Positions 1-14,282 of a stretch of 64,000 nucleotides of DNA are shown here, piece after piece. Both the position numbers and the translations under genes were made by a program. Under the pieces are notes generated by a model. That model worked only from the letters and a program-made list of their open reading frames with translations, was not told where the DNA came from and searched no databases. Position 1 is the stretch's first letter. Each line of letters starts with the position of its first letter. Source of the DNA: Eledone cirrhosa (taxonomy: Eukaryota); NCBI GenBank assembly GCA_964016885.1, contig OZ024760.1:16244001-16308000 (forward strand). The letters run 5' to 3'.

Positions 1-172
1 TATATATATATGTATGTATGTATATATATATTTCAAAAATACGTGGAAGAAATATAGGAAACAGAAAATAAGGAAGACACAAACACAAAGACAATTCCTG
101 ACCTGCTCATCAGCTGTTTTCTGGGGATCATCATAGTTTCGGATGCTTTATAAGACACGACCATTCACCACA

Positions 173-228
<56 letters not shown>

Positions 229-498
229 CAAACGGGATATTCATAGATGGAAAACATTTAATCCGTTATTCTGATCATTCTTTGATGTCATGGGGCTAAA
301 AATCACCAACAACAGCCGCATTAAGTGGAAGTTTCTCGTAGGAACAACAGTATTACACAAATATTTAAATTATCACAGAAATTACATCGTGGAAGAGACA
401 TTTTAACCAATATATAACTGTTATATTCACTTTTCATATATTTTGTTGTACCTTTGACAAACTTCCATAGCACAAATGTACAGATCATTATAAATAAG

Positions 499-752
499 TG
501 TGAAGGCGCATGGCTTAGTGGTTAGAGCATTGTGCTTGCAATCAAAAGGTTGTGAGTTCAATTCTCGAACCGGGTGATGTGTTGTTTCCTTGAGCAAGAC
601 ACTTTATTTCACGTTGCTCCAGTTTACTCAACTGTAGAAATGAGATGATAGGGCTGGGGTCCCTATCATTAAATCACCCAAGACACCTCCAACGAGATAT
701 ACCTTGGAGGAGGCCAGCTAAACCTGCATAGGTGTGAACTGTCACATACACA
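499..752 (+). mobile_element. tRNA-derived CORE-type SINE (octopus OR-like)
   Basis: A box TGGCTTAGTGG, B box GAGTTCAATTC, MIR/CORE-like tccttgagcaagacactt...ctccagtttactcaactgtagaaatgag, CA tail; second copy at 56912. Confidence 0.85.
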
Positions 753-1150
753 CATTATAAATAAAACACACATATATATATATTCGCTACGTTGGTAACC
801 ATTACACCACCACACATCAAATAACCCAGTCTACATAGGTTTATATAAGCTCACACAAAAAAGGGGCGCAACCCGGTCAGCGACAAATAAAGGAGAGTCA
901 CTGTAATGGGATAGCCAAATGTTTCTTTAAATTGTAATACTAAATTAAAGCCCCCCCCCCCCCCACATTAGCAACTGATGATTTCCTCTAATGTGACTTA
1001 ACCCCTGGGTAACCACAGAGAGAACAGAGGCACATTAGATATGACTCTACAACACAATAGAACATAGACAAAGGACGTCTTTTATCATACGTCAAAGACT
1101 TGTGAACCTGAGTTTATATATATATATATATACACTTATATATATATATG

Positions 1151-1270
<120 letters not shown>

Positions 1271-1336
1271 TATATATATACATATATATGCATATATATG
1301 TACACATATATATATATATATATATATGTGTACAGA

Positions 1337-1370
<34 letters not shown>

Positions 1371-1458
1371 TGAAGCTGAGGCCTTTCGAAACGTTACTCT
1401 GAGTTTCACATTGCGGACTTTCAAACAATTAAAAAGAAAGCAACGTGGTAATAAATAA

Positions 1459-1516
<58 letters not shown>

Positions 1517-1808
1517 AAAATATACGTAAACACATCGAAATATGATAAGGCATCGAAATTGATTAGTTGCCACACTCCAATTGGTTTATTCAGTTTTCAT
1601 ACGCAGAGCACGTGATATGTTCATCTATATACGTAGCAAAACACGCGATTTCTTCTTGAATTCAGTAATATATCTGATTAGATTAGAATAAACAAAAACC
1701 AAAAGCTCACAAAAACGATTTAAAGAGCGTCAACCTCTAATAAAATTATTTACTAACTCTATGTATTTAGTACCTTTTTTTCGTTTGTAGACACACACGT
1801 TCACCAAT

Positions 1809-1850
<42 letters not shown>

Positions 1851-1854
1851 TATT

Positions 1855-2051
<197 letters not shown>

Positions 2052-2279
2052 TATATGTATATATATGTATGTATATATATATACGTATATATATATATGT
2101 ATATATATATGCATATAATACATATATATATGTATATATATGTGTATGTATATATATACATATATATGTGTGTACATATATATAATATATATGTATATAT
2201 ATGAATATATATTTGTACATATATATGTATATATATGAATATATATATGCATATATATATGAATATATATTTGTATATA

Positions 2280-2399
<120 letters not shown>

Positions 2400-2673
2400 A
2401 CAATTGTAAAGTATAATCCTTAATAAATAAATATGCATGTATAAAATATGTGTATCTCAGTGTGTATGTATATGTAAGTGTGTGTGTGACTGTGTGTGTA
2501 TGTCTGTGTGTGTATGTCTGTGTGCGCATGCGCGTGTGTATGTCTGTGTGCGCATGCGCGCGTGTGTATGTTCATATAGTTACATTCGTCATTAATTGAA
2601 TATATTTAAAATTTTTAAAAATGTCCAAAATTGTATTTCAACAAAAAAAAAAAAAAATGTATATATGTGTGTA

Positions 2674-2736
<63 letters not shown>

Positions 2737-2741
2737 CATAC

Positions 2742-2774
<33 letters not shown>

Positions 2775-2836
2775 CACACATAAATATTTACTATATACAT
2801 ATATACGTAAATACATACACATATATATATATATAT

Positions 2837-2867
<31 letters not shown>

Positions 2868-3036
2868 TATATATATATACATATACGTATACATATATAT
2901 ATACATACACACACACACATATATATATACATATATATACACACATAAATATTTACTATATATATATACATATATATACACACATAAATATTTACTATAT
3001 ATATATACATATATATACACACACATAAATATTTAC

Positions 3037-3072
<36 letters not shown>

Positions 3073-3376
3073 AACTTTCATATACATAGATATAAATGTA
3101 TGTTAGTGTATGCAAGTGTGTATACGAGTGGAGAGCCGGATTTACTGTGAATAAAGAAATGAAAGAAAGAAAAAAATAAGACAAAATCTATAATAAAATT
3201 ATGTATAACCACATTAATCTCTGTCTTCTTGTTTTTTATTATATTTTGATACATTCTTCCAATCCGTTATTCTTCGAATAATGGCTGCATGTATGATACT
3301 TTTATTAATTATACACGAACTACGCATCCGTTCGAAACGCCGGGGGAAACCAGTGCTAAATGACGTTACATTCTGT

Positions 3377-3596
3377 ATTTAAACCGGCCATCTCCGGCGA
3401 GAATTCTCTCACCTCTTTCTATTCAAACTGGTTGTACCTGGCTGCTCATACTGATGTTAAGGTATTGTTCTCTCTCAAAATAAATAATATCAAAATCTTA
3501 TAGATTCGATATTATGAGAGATAAGTATATAAGGTAAAGCTTTTACCGTGAAAATACAATAGTAAATATAGAGTAATGTAAATACTAAAGGGTTAA
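3377..3596. mobile_element. piggyBac-type MITE, one end decayed
   Basis: Ends in ...tactaaagggTTAA (CCCTTT terminus plus TTAA); resembles a common octopus MITE recalled from memory. Confidence 0.55.
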
Positions 3597-3909
3597 TAAT
3601 TGTTTCTACTTTTGGCACAGGGCCAGCAATTATCCCAGTGCATTACTGGTACTTTGTTTCATCGACTCCGTAAGGATGAAAGGCAAAGTTAACCTCGATG
3701 GTTTCTGATTTAGACATAAGGCCAACAATTTTTGGGAAGAGGAAGTTTATTAAATCGATCCCAGTGCATTACTGGTGCTTTATTTTATCGATCCCGTAAG
3801 GATGAAAGGCAAAGTTAACCTCGGCGGGATTTGAACTCAAACCGTAAAGGACCGTAACTCTATGCTGCAAAACATGGTGTCCGACCCTCTACCAATACTG
3901 TCAATCCAC
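3596..3909 (-). mobile_element. OK-type octopus SINE, full copy plus tandem partial copy
   Basis: Reverse complement has B box GAGTTCAAATCC, central gaggttaactttgcctttcatccttacggg..tcgataaaataaag.accag and tail ggccttgtgcc..aagtagaaacaattatt. Confidence 0.9.
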
Positions 3910-3966
3910 AGACCTTTTTGTATTTAATAATCAACTACAATACGTTGAGCTGACGAGCGTTTAGGC

Positions 3967-4113
3967 GCCTTCTTCTTCCTTGTGAGGCAAATGCAGGAGA
4001 AGTACTTGGCTAAAAGGAAAGTACTCTACTTAGCATTCGTGGACCTAGGGAGAGCTTTTGATAGCGTCCCTCGATCCATAATCTTGTCGGCCATCAGAAA
4101 ACAAGGTGTAGAT
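3967..4113 (+). pseudogene. RTE-clade LINE reverse transcriptase fragment
   Basis: Translates FLVRQMQEKYLAKRKVLYLAFVDLGRAFDSVPRSIILSAIRKQGVD (the FVDLxKAFD RT motif). Confidence 0.85.
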
Positions 4114-4566
4114 ATACAGTCTTAGTCTTGCGGAGAAGTTACACATCATTTGCCACCCAGAACAAAAAGAAAACGAACTCGTCTCTACCTGCAACCATAT
4201 GTCAAAGCTCCTGCTGGCAAACTTCAGAAACAGATTAATTTTTGATTATTGATGAAAAAGGTCTCAACATTGACGTCATCAATCACATGACCATGATCAA
4301 CTGAAGGCCTCCAGTATTTTCAAATATGCTAACTACATTCCATTACTGCTACAGCAACGTTCGTGGGAGTAGAATGTACTCAGATCAAATCTCCTGGGGG
4401 TCGACAATGTCGTTTCATTACCGGTGAATCGATAAAATATGTACCAGTAATGTACTGAGCTCCATGCTTTCCGTTATAACCACACACACACACACACACA
4501 CATACACACACACACTCATTCACCCACACACAGACATAGACACTCACAAACACCATCAATACATAC

Positions 4567-4603
<37 letters not shown>

Positions 4604-5813
4604 TATATAAACACACACACATCTCTCACATAGATACACACACAGACACACACATCCCTCACATAGACATACACACAGACACATACACAGATACACACAT
4701 CCCTCATATAGATAGACACACATCCCTCACATAAACACACACACAGCCACATACACAGTTACACACACATCCCTCACATAAACACGCTCACAGACACACA
4801 AACACACATACACACATACGCACATATCTCTCACATAGACATAGACACACACACACATCCCTCACATAGACACATGCACACATCTCTCACACACACATCC
4901 CTCACATAGACACACATATCCCTCACATAGACACATACACACACATATCTCACACACACACACACACATCTCTCACATAGACACACACACACACACACAC
5001 ATCCCTCACATAGACACATACACACACAGACACACACACACACATCTCTCACATAGACACACACACACCTCACACACACACACACACATCCTCCAGTAAA
5101 TTTGTTAGGTTGTGGCAACGTTTAATAAATCAATATTTTAAAATTAATGAAAAAAAGATGTTCGATTAGAAAGAAAAAAAAATCTAACATGTATTAACTA
5201 CTATCGATTTTGGATGAGAAAGCAATTATTGGAAAGTACAGGGCAGGTCTTTAGTGAAGCTGACACTATCGATTAGATGACTTTCAAATCTGTGTTAATA
5301 GATTGAATATTCTTAAACTGCACTAACTCCAAGAACTAATGAAATAGCAGCCAAGTCTCCCTTAAATCCCAGTCTACCATATTAAAACACGAGGAGGCAT
5401 ATTAGATAATATAAAAAAGTTAAAAGGCACTTAACTGTTGCTGGAATCGTAGGGGCACCATCTTGAAAAATGGCGTATCATGGACATTCTAAACATGGTG
5501 GACTTCGTCCTTCTCCAGGTAGGAATACAGCAGATTTCTTCAATAGATAGATAGATAAATAGATAGATATAGAGAATGATGGAGAGTGAGAGAGAGAGGG
5601 ATATATAGATAGATAGATAGATAGAGAGATAGATAGAGAGAGAGAGAGATGTGGTGGAGGGGGATAGATAGATATGTAGAGGACTAACTAGCCATTTTTT
5701 CGTCTCTACGGATATGTTACCCGACTTTCTAAATCTATTATTTGTGATGGTCGACTGATGTTACAATCATTTTCTGCCCTTGGATTCCCATTTCAAAACA
5801 CCCAAGCGCCTCG

Positions 5814-5861
<48 letters not shown>

Positions 5862-5939
5862 GGTGGGTAAAATTCCCGAGATCCTTTGGTTCTATTCAAT
5901 GGCTGACAATACCTTACCGGCGCCACTCGGATAAGGTAA

Positions 5940-6100
5940 TTATTTAACCCATAAATGGAGCCCCAACAGATACTACTACTCCGGGCCAGAGCAGACCTGG
6001 GAGTTATGACAACTAAGGGGTAACTCCACATTCCCCACAGCTCCTGAACTCCCGAACTAGAGCCTTGCCACGGGATGTAGTTTAATGTCATACCTGGGAC
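5940..6100. mobile_element. RTE-related SINE/LINE end fragment
   Basis: Hairpin-rich actccgggccagagcagacctgggagt...ggggtaactcc followed by (AAAT)n; family assignment from memory only. Confidence 0.4.
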
Positions 6101-6105
6101 ATATA

Positions 6106-6172
<67 letters not shown>

Positions 6173-6481
6173 AATAAAAATGGCGTAGACATTACAATAC
6201 AATACAATAGGAGGGAACATAATAGTACCACTAATGATGTTGCAGATGTGCAACGAAAGAACTTTGATAGACTGTATATATATATTTATATCTGTATTGT
6301 TAACCGTTGGTCAATCAATGATAAACGTTGATTGCCAAATAAATTAACTATGGAGATATAAAAGACAGAAGCGAAAGCCAACCAAACAGTGAGTGTGTTC
6401 TGTTATTATTTCTGGCAATATTATTACAACAATATGACCCTCCCCAAGTATAACAATAAATAAATAAATATATATATATAT

Positions 6482-6897
6482 CTAGGGAGTGTAACTTGGA
6501 GTTACTGTAGGTTCACTCGGGTGAGCACTCGATGTTTAAGTTCACTTCTGTGTCGAGGTGTAGAGCTATACAGAGTGTATTATATCAGACGCGTAGAGTT
6601 ACGGTCCTTGCCATTCTGAGTTCAAATCCCGCCGAGGTTAACTTTGCCTTTCATCCTTACGGGGTCGATAAAACAAAGTACCAGTAATACACTGGGTAAT
6701 TGCTGGCCTTGTGCCAAAAGTAGAAACAATTATATTGAAAAGATAGCAAGGACGATTGGGGTCCGTCGAGCTGCCGATTATAGAATCGGGTAAGATCGAT
6801 ACAGATCGAACCTTGAGCTGATCAGTGGCGAAACGCGCGTCACCTACCAATAAATGTAATGAAGGAGTAACCAATCGTCCTTGTTATCTTTTCAATA
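6482..6897 (+). mobile_element. PLE-like remnant (family C): inverted tail, then SINE insertion, then decayed hammerhead
   Basis: 6482-6584 is the reverse complement of the tail at 60308-60386; 6735-6759 is an inverted copy of 6871-6897; core CCGUCGA...GAAACGCGCGUC. Confidence 0.75.
6585..6733 (+). mobile_element. OK-type SINE, 5' truncated
   Basis: B box, central domain and tail as in the other copies. Confidence 0.9.
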
Positions 6898-6906
6898 TAT
6901 ATATAT

Positions 6907-7020
6907 GAAAAAGTATGACCCCCGACGGCAGAGCTCAAGCCGTTTCGACGGCCATTTCTGGACTAACAGAAATAGCCGTCGAAATGGCTTGAGCTCTGCC
7001 GTCGGGGTCATACCTTTTCC
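6907..7020. mobile_element. PLE-like foldback remnant (family A)
   Basis: About 50-bp inverted arms carrying GAAAYGGCUUGAGCUCUGCCGUC; (TA)n on both sides. Confidence 0.8.
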
Positions 7021-7304
7021 TATATATATATATATACACATATATATGCAGATTCTATATATATGTAGAGGTGTCGGAAGGAGGAAGGTGAAAAGAAAAT
7101 GCAGAAGAATAAGAATATGATGATGATGATGATGATGATGTGAATGAAATGAAGTGAAGGAGATGGTTATTAAAGTAAGTCAAGAGAGTAGAAAGAGCAA
7201 AGAGTCAAGAAGAGGAGGCGGGGTGGGGGTGGCGGGGTAGGAGGAGGAGGAAGATCAATAAAATTCTTTCTTTGTTAGTTTTTTTTTTTCGTTTTTACCA
7301 ACTT

Positions 7305-7371
<67 letters not shown>

Positions 7372-7506
7372 TTCATTATCGAAGAACATTGGAACTTTCC
7401 AGAAATGTTATTAAGTACTACTTCTCAATATGGTCTTTAATACTTTATATATTTATAAACTGTATATATATTTATATACTGTATATATATATATATATAT
7501 ATACAC

Positions 7507-7581
<75 letters not shown>

Positions 7582-7603
7582 TAGATATAGATATATATAC
7601 ACG

Positions 7604-7637
<34 letters not shown>

Positions 7638-7706
7638 CACACGTATATATGTATATATATATATATATATAGATATGTATTTAAACACTCACATACACAC
7701 ACACAA

Positions 7707-7769
<63 letters not shown>

Positions 7770-8149
7770 CACACATACAAACACTCCCTCGCACTCATAC
7801 ACACACATACACACAGAAACACCCCCCTCACACATATATACACAATAAAACAGGAATTTGGGACCAAAACCTCTTTTATTTATTTCTTCCAGTCTTTACA
7901 ATTGCTTCGATCTGTTATGAAGTAGCTGCAGCCATTTTGTTTCGCGTGGTTCGTCTGTATTTTCTATCTTATTTCTATTTTACTTTGTCCTCGGTTCTTT
8001 AAGGGAAATTAAGAATCAGTCTCTGCCATCGACAACAAGAACATATTTTTGCTAAAGAATGAAGTAGAGTCGTTTGGGATTTATCTCCCAGTTCAATACA
8101 CTGACAATATCCCCTGCGATCGATAAGCTGTACCTCAGCAGCGACTTTG

Positions 8150-8226
<77 letters not shown>

Positions 8227-8245
8227 TTATATATCTATCTATCTA

Positions 8246-8325
8246 TACACGTTTTTATTGTATGTAAACTTCCCCCTTTGTATTTGTCCCCTTCTTTTGT
8301 GCCCCTGTGGCTAATAAAGAAACAT
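8246..8325 (+). mobile_element. LINE 3' end (probably Tx1-like) embedded in (ATCT)n
   Basis: ttgtccccttcttttgtgcccctgtggctaataaagaaa then (ATCT)n; homologue at 53959-54110 on the minus strand. Confidence 0.6.
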
Positions 8326-8548
8326 ATCTATCTATCTCTATATATATATCTGTCTATCTATCTACCTACCTACCTGCCTGTCTATCTATCTATATCCCCC
8401 CCCCCCCCTCTCTCTCTCTGTATATATATATATATATATATATATCTCATAGGAATCAACCAGTTTTAAACTAGCTGGACCAGAGTGCTCGATGCTTGGG
8501 ATAGTAGAGTATATTAAATAGAGTCTAATATATATACATACATATATA

Positions 8549-8627
<79 letters not shown>

Positions 8628-8923
8628 TATATCTGTTGTGTGTGCGTAGAATGTATTGCTAGAACAACTAAAAGAGACTGGTTTCTTATTTTCTGTTGGG
8701 AAACGCCCAAACATGGAGTGTTTTCGTCCTCTATCGTGGCAACAGATGTTATAGATATATGGTCAACAACTGGTGTGGGTGGAGGTAAGGGTGGGTGGGT
8801 TGGTGATGGGAGGGTGGGAGTGGAGACGGGGAGTAAAATAAGTGAGATTGTTATGTAAGCATAAGGTTTACTACATCTCTATGTGTACACATATACACAA
8901 ACGGATACATATATATATGTATG

Positions 8924-9065
<142 letters not shown>

Positions 9066-9086
9066 ATACATATATATGTATATATG

Positions 9087-9238
<152 letters not shown>

Positions 9239-9410
9239 GTATATGTACGGTGACCTTCCCCGCAGGAAACTATTGTGCCAATCTGTTGCAACTTTTTGGT
9301 ATTTACGTCTCTTTAAATAAATATCTACTGCGCACATCCCATCACCCTCTCTACATCTACATCTCTCCTTTCCTTTCTCTCCTTCTGTCTCTTTTCCCCT
9401 CCCCTACCCA

Positions 9411-9521
<111 letters not shown>

Positions 9522-9728
9522 TATACTCTTTCTCTTCTGCACGCGACCTAAGAACATATTTAACCTGTTTATTGACAAACATAATTCAAAAACATCCATA
9601 ATAAAAACCACGGTAATTTCGAAAGCAAAATATCAAGTTTTGTTGTTACATCTACACAAGGCCAGTGTAATAGAAACATCTCTATTGTGTCCGCCTGTGT
9701 CGTGGGGCGGCATTTGCTCACAATAGTG

Positions 9729-10012
9729 AGAGATTGGAAGAGGTGGAGAGCTGGAGAGCTGGAGAGCTGGAGAGCTGGAGAGATTGGAAGAGGTGGAGAG
9801 CTGGAGAGTTGGAGAGCTGGAGAGATGGAGAGCTGGAGAGAAGGAGAGCTGGAGAGATTGGAAGAGGTGGAGAGCTGGAGAGTTGGAGAGCTGGAGAGAT
9901 GGAGAGCTGGAGAGCTGGAGAGTAGGAGAGCTGGAGAGTTGGAGAGCTGGAGAGCTGGAGAGCTGGAGAGTTGGAGAGATGGAGAGTTGCAGAGTTGGAG
10001 AGATGGAGAGAT
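9729..10012. repeat. 8-bp minisatellite (GGAGAGCT)n
   Basis: Direct reading; variants GGAGAGTT and GGAGAGAT. Confidence 0.95.
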
Positions 10013-10056
10013 TGTAGCAGTGTCAGTGGGAGTTTGGTTCCATTATGTTTGGACCT

Positions 10057-10127
<71 letters not shown>

Positions 10128-10128
<1 letters not shown>

Positions 10129-10390
10129 AAAGGTAAACAGAAATAACAACACAATTGGTACAGTATATGGAAGGGATATATTAGGTTAACGCTTGATATA
10201 GCAGGAAGAGGGTCTTAACGCATCGGATGCTAGTCCTTCATCAGAAGAAAGAATGAGAAATAAGATAAATTGAAGGGATGGGCGGGTTGGAATTGGAAAA
10301 AAATGTCTTTAGATAAAAATAACAGGTCCATTCATGTTGACATCTCTTACAAAACAGTTGGTGCTGGCGTTTTGTGTATGATTTATTTTT
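10128..10390 (-). mobile_element. PLE-like remnant (family F) with decayed type I hammerhead at 10213-10248
   Basis: UCUU-CUGAUGA-AGGA..UCC-GAUG(for GAAA)-CG-UU-AAGA; the same tail recurs at 49709-49762. Confidence 0.6.
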
Positions 10391-10414
10391 TAGAAAATAG
10401 ACTCAGTTCAGATC

Positions 10415-10540
10415 TAGCCGTCGAAACAGCCGGAGCTCAGCCGTCGGGGTCCTGAATCTTTTCCTATTACCCACTCTACTACCCTAAGTATTGAGTACTC
10501 TGGTGCGTTTTGGTCCACCTGGTATCTTGTCTACATTACT
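10415..10540 (+). mobile_element. PLE-like remnant (family A), 3' half of hammerhead plus tail
   Basis: tagccgtcgaaacagccggagctcagccgtcggggtcc...cctattacccactctactaccctaagtattgagtac. Confidence 0.8.
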
Positions 10541-10839
10541 TTTTAAATTCATTCTAAGACCGATAAAATAAGTACCAGTTATATACTATCGTACATAAAA
10601 ATCAATTAAAAGCTTTATTTATAAATCTGCTTGCCTTGTACTTCTTGGGGAACCATTATTCAAAGAAAGCGGACCATATGTCAGTGTTTCTCGGTATGTT
10701 TTCAGTAAAACGTTGAAAAATTATCTCCAGAAATAATATTCTAGAAATGATAGATGTGTGTTTGGGTGTTGCCTGTCACCAGAAACTAAATACAAATTTC
10801 TAACCAAGTTAGAAAAAAACAAACTAGTTCTCCGTTTCC

Positions 10840-11352
10840 TTAACCCCTTTAATTCCAAAACTGTCTGAAACCGCCCTTAGTTCTATGATGCAAAACTGTT
10901 TATTTTAAAGTGTTTAAATTTACTTAAAACCCACCATCTTAATTTTATGTAAGAGTCATGAGGAAGTTAGTTATATTACTAAATCTCTTGAAATTCTTGA
11001 TTATTTAGGAAATGACCTGAAAATTACAGCAGTGTATTTTAATAAGAAATATGGTAACGAAACAATTAAAATGTTTATATTTATCTCAAAACCTTCCATT
11101 GTAATTTTATGTAAGAACCATGAGAATCTTAGTTATATTACTAAAATTTCTCTGTATTCTTAAACATATTTGAAATGATCTGTAAATTAGAGGTAGTGTC
11201 CTTCATTAGAAATATGGTAACGAAAGAATTAAAATGCTTATGTTTATCTCAAAACCTTATATCATAATTTTATGTAAAAACCATGAGAAAATTAGTTATA
11301 TTACTAAATCGAGGCAGCGTCTTTCATTAGAGATATGGTACCAAAAGGGTTT
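10840..11352. mobile_element. piggyBac-type MITE with triplicated right portion
   Basis: Starts TTAAcccctt; three tandem ends reading atatggta.c.aaa at about 11050, 11212 and 11333, the last ending aaaagggtt. Confidence 0.55.
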
Positions 11353-11427
11353 GAAAGAATCAAGTACATATAGAAATAGTGAGAATGTGACGTCTGAACG
11401 AATATCCTCCACCTCTAACTAACTTAC

Positions 11428-11626
11428 CCACAGCTTCTGGGTCCTGGCCGACAGGGTGGAGAATATAATGACCCGGAAGACGGTGAGGGAGACGCTCTGA
11501 AACAGCTACTCAACTTTACGGGGCTTACAACTGCGGGCAACGAACTCTGCTTAGATAGCAGTGAGTACAGATGTGATCCGGGGACCAAGAACGCCGTATT
11601 TAAAGGGTTAAGGGGTTTATATTTAT
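11428..11626. other. Candidate exon, strand ambiguous
   Basis: Unique, GC-richer island. Minus strand: ttttgttag acceptor, open Ser/Pro-rich frame, G|GTAAGT donor after 11428. Plus strand: CTAAC branch point, cccacag acceptor, open frame 11434-11560, GTGAGT donor. Confidence 0.3.
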
Positions 11627-11698
11627 CTAACAAAATCTCTTCAAATTCTTGATTCATTGGTAGCGTCTTTTATGGGAGATATTAAGGCTTCCCTTGGT

Positions 11699-11743
<45 letters not shown>

Positions 11744-12704
11744 GGCACACACTCATACGCATACACAAACACATGCACACACATATATACACACACATGC
11801 ACACAAACATATATACACACATATCAAATATACACACACACACACACACGCACATATATACAGGCACACATACATACACGCACATATATACACATACACA
11901 CAAACATACAGACATGTATACACACATGCACACACACATACATATATATAGGCACACACTCATAGACGTACATACACATACACACACAGCCACACTCACA
12001 CACACATACACACACACTCTCGGTATTAGTGTCCCTCGGGTGAACAGTTATCGATTCCTTAACTTTATCGATATCTTCCAATTACCAGTCTTCACCCACA
12101 GATCAATGATATTGGAAAGTTGCAGAAAAACCAATCCAAAACTGTCAATATCAACATTTGATGTTGTTGTTGTTGTTGTTGTGGTTATGGTTGTTGTGGT
12201 TGTTGTTGTTGTGGTTCTTCTTTTTCTTCTTCTTCTTCTTCTTCTTCTTCTTCTTCTTCTTCCTCCTTCTCAACCCTCCTCTGCTCCTCCTCCGCCTATC
12301 CCCCCCTTCTTTTTCTTGTTCTCCTCCTCCTTCTCCTTCTTCTTCTTCTTCTTCTTCTTCTTCTTCTCATCCTTCTCCTCCCCCCTTCTTCTTCTTCACC
12401 TTCTACTTCCCCTCCTCCTCATTCTTCTTCTTCTTCTTCTTCTTCTTCTTGTGTGGTTGTTGTTGTTCTTGTGATTGTGGCTAGCGTTGCTGTGGTTGTT
12501 GTGGTCGTTCTTATTACTGCTTGTTATTGGGCTTATTGTTGTTGTAGTTGTTGTTGCTACTCTTTTGTTGTTGTGGTTGTTGTTGTTGTTACTGATGTTG
12601 TGTTTCTTGTTGTTCTTGTGATTGCAGTCATCGTGGATGTTACTGTAGTTGTTGTTTTTGTTGTTACTGTTGTTGTTATTGTTGTTATTATTGTTACTGT
12701 TAGG

Positions 12705-12858
12705 GTGCTAGATTGACAGAGTCTGTAGAGCGTCGGACAACATGCCATTGTAGTATTTGTTCTGAATTCAAATCCTACCGAGGTCAACTTTGCCTTTCAT
12801 CTTTCCAGGGTCGATAAATAAAGTACCAGTGATGTACTGGGGTTGATTTAATCAACTT
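12705..12858 (+). mobile_element. OK-type SINE, diverged
   Basis: gaattcaaatcctaccgaggtcaactttgcctttcatc...gtcgataaataaagtaccag. Confidence 0.85.
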
Positions 12859-13093
12859 TGGTGGTAGTAGTGATAATGTTATCGACACTAACATCGCTAT
12901 CATTACCACAATCATTTCCTATCCCCCTCTCTCTATCTTCAATGTACATTTAAAGTTAATTTGGCAAATATATTGGTTCTTTACACTCAAAACTCCACAC
13001 CAGACTACAACACACCCCCAAACTACACTACACTAGATCAGACCACACTACAGACCAGCACCACACACTAAATATTGATTTCTATTTTCTCTC

Positions 13094-13159
<66 letters not shown>

Positions 13160-13223
13160 TAGTGTATACACACACACAACAGCCCTAATATATATATTAG
13201 TATGTATGTATGTATGTGTATAT

Positions 13224-13267
<44 letters not shown>

Positions 13268-13377
13268 CACACACACACACACACATATATGTATATATAT
13301 ATATATATATAATTTATCTATTTATACACATTCACATACATGCATACATATACATACTACATACATACATACATACA

Positions 13378-13409
<32 letters not shown>

Positions 13410-13485
13410 CACACACTCCTTGAATACTAAAGATGTCATTATTTAGCGACGTTAAACAATCATTAAAGTCAAACTAGATGAAACT

Positions 13486-13570
13486 AAAATGGCGGCCATT
13501 TGACAGTTAAATGGCTGATTTCCCATCATGCAATTGGGCAGTAAAATATCTCCACAATGGCGAACATGAC
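13486..13570. promoter_or_regulatory. Possible promoter-like motif cluster (YY1-like and ZNF143/SBS-like)
   Basis: AAAATGGCGGCC at 13486, TTTCCCATCATGCA at 13519 and CAATGGCG within a non-repetitive island. Confidence 0.25.
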
Positions 13571-13792
13571 AAGGGAGGCCATCACCGTAGTATAATCTCT
13601 ACTAAACTATACTTAAATCACGTCGTATAATCGTTTAATGACTCACACTGTCTTGTTCATGTCGTTGTTGGTGTATGTATGTATGTATGTATGTATGTAT
13701 GTATGTATGTATGTATGTATGTATGTATGTATGTATGTTTATGGCCATACTCGATAACGAGGGGGCAGCCATCATTTATGTATGTATATATG

Positions 13793-13835
<43 letters not shown>

Positions 13836-13954
13836 TTATTTATATATGTATATATGCATGTATGTATGTATGTATGTATATATATATACATATATGTATA
13901 TATATATGTATGTATATATGTATGTATTTATGTATGTATGTGTATATATATATA

Positions 13955-13997
<43 letters not shown>

Positions 13998-14065
13998 GAA
14001 CCCGCACATAACTATCATCATCATCATCATTATGAACTCATTATCATTTCATTATTACTGTTGTT

Positions 14066-14102
<37 letters not shown>

Positions 14103-14133
14103 TGGTGGTAGTAGTAGTAGTAGTAGTAGCAGC

Positions 14134-14172
<39 letters not shown>

Positions 14173-14232
14173 GGTGGTGGTAGTAGTAGTAGTGGTGGTG
14201 GTGGTGGTGGTAGTAGTGGTAGTAGCAGCAGC

Positions 14233-14282
<50 letters not shown>

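Noticed and set aside
506-575. tRNA gene
   Set aside because: The A and B boxes belong to a SINE head that continues into a CORE-like body; no clean cloverleaf.
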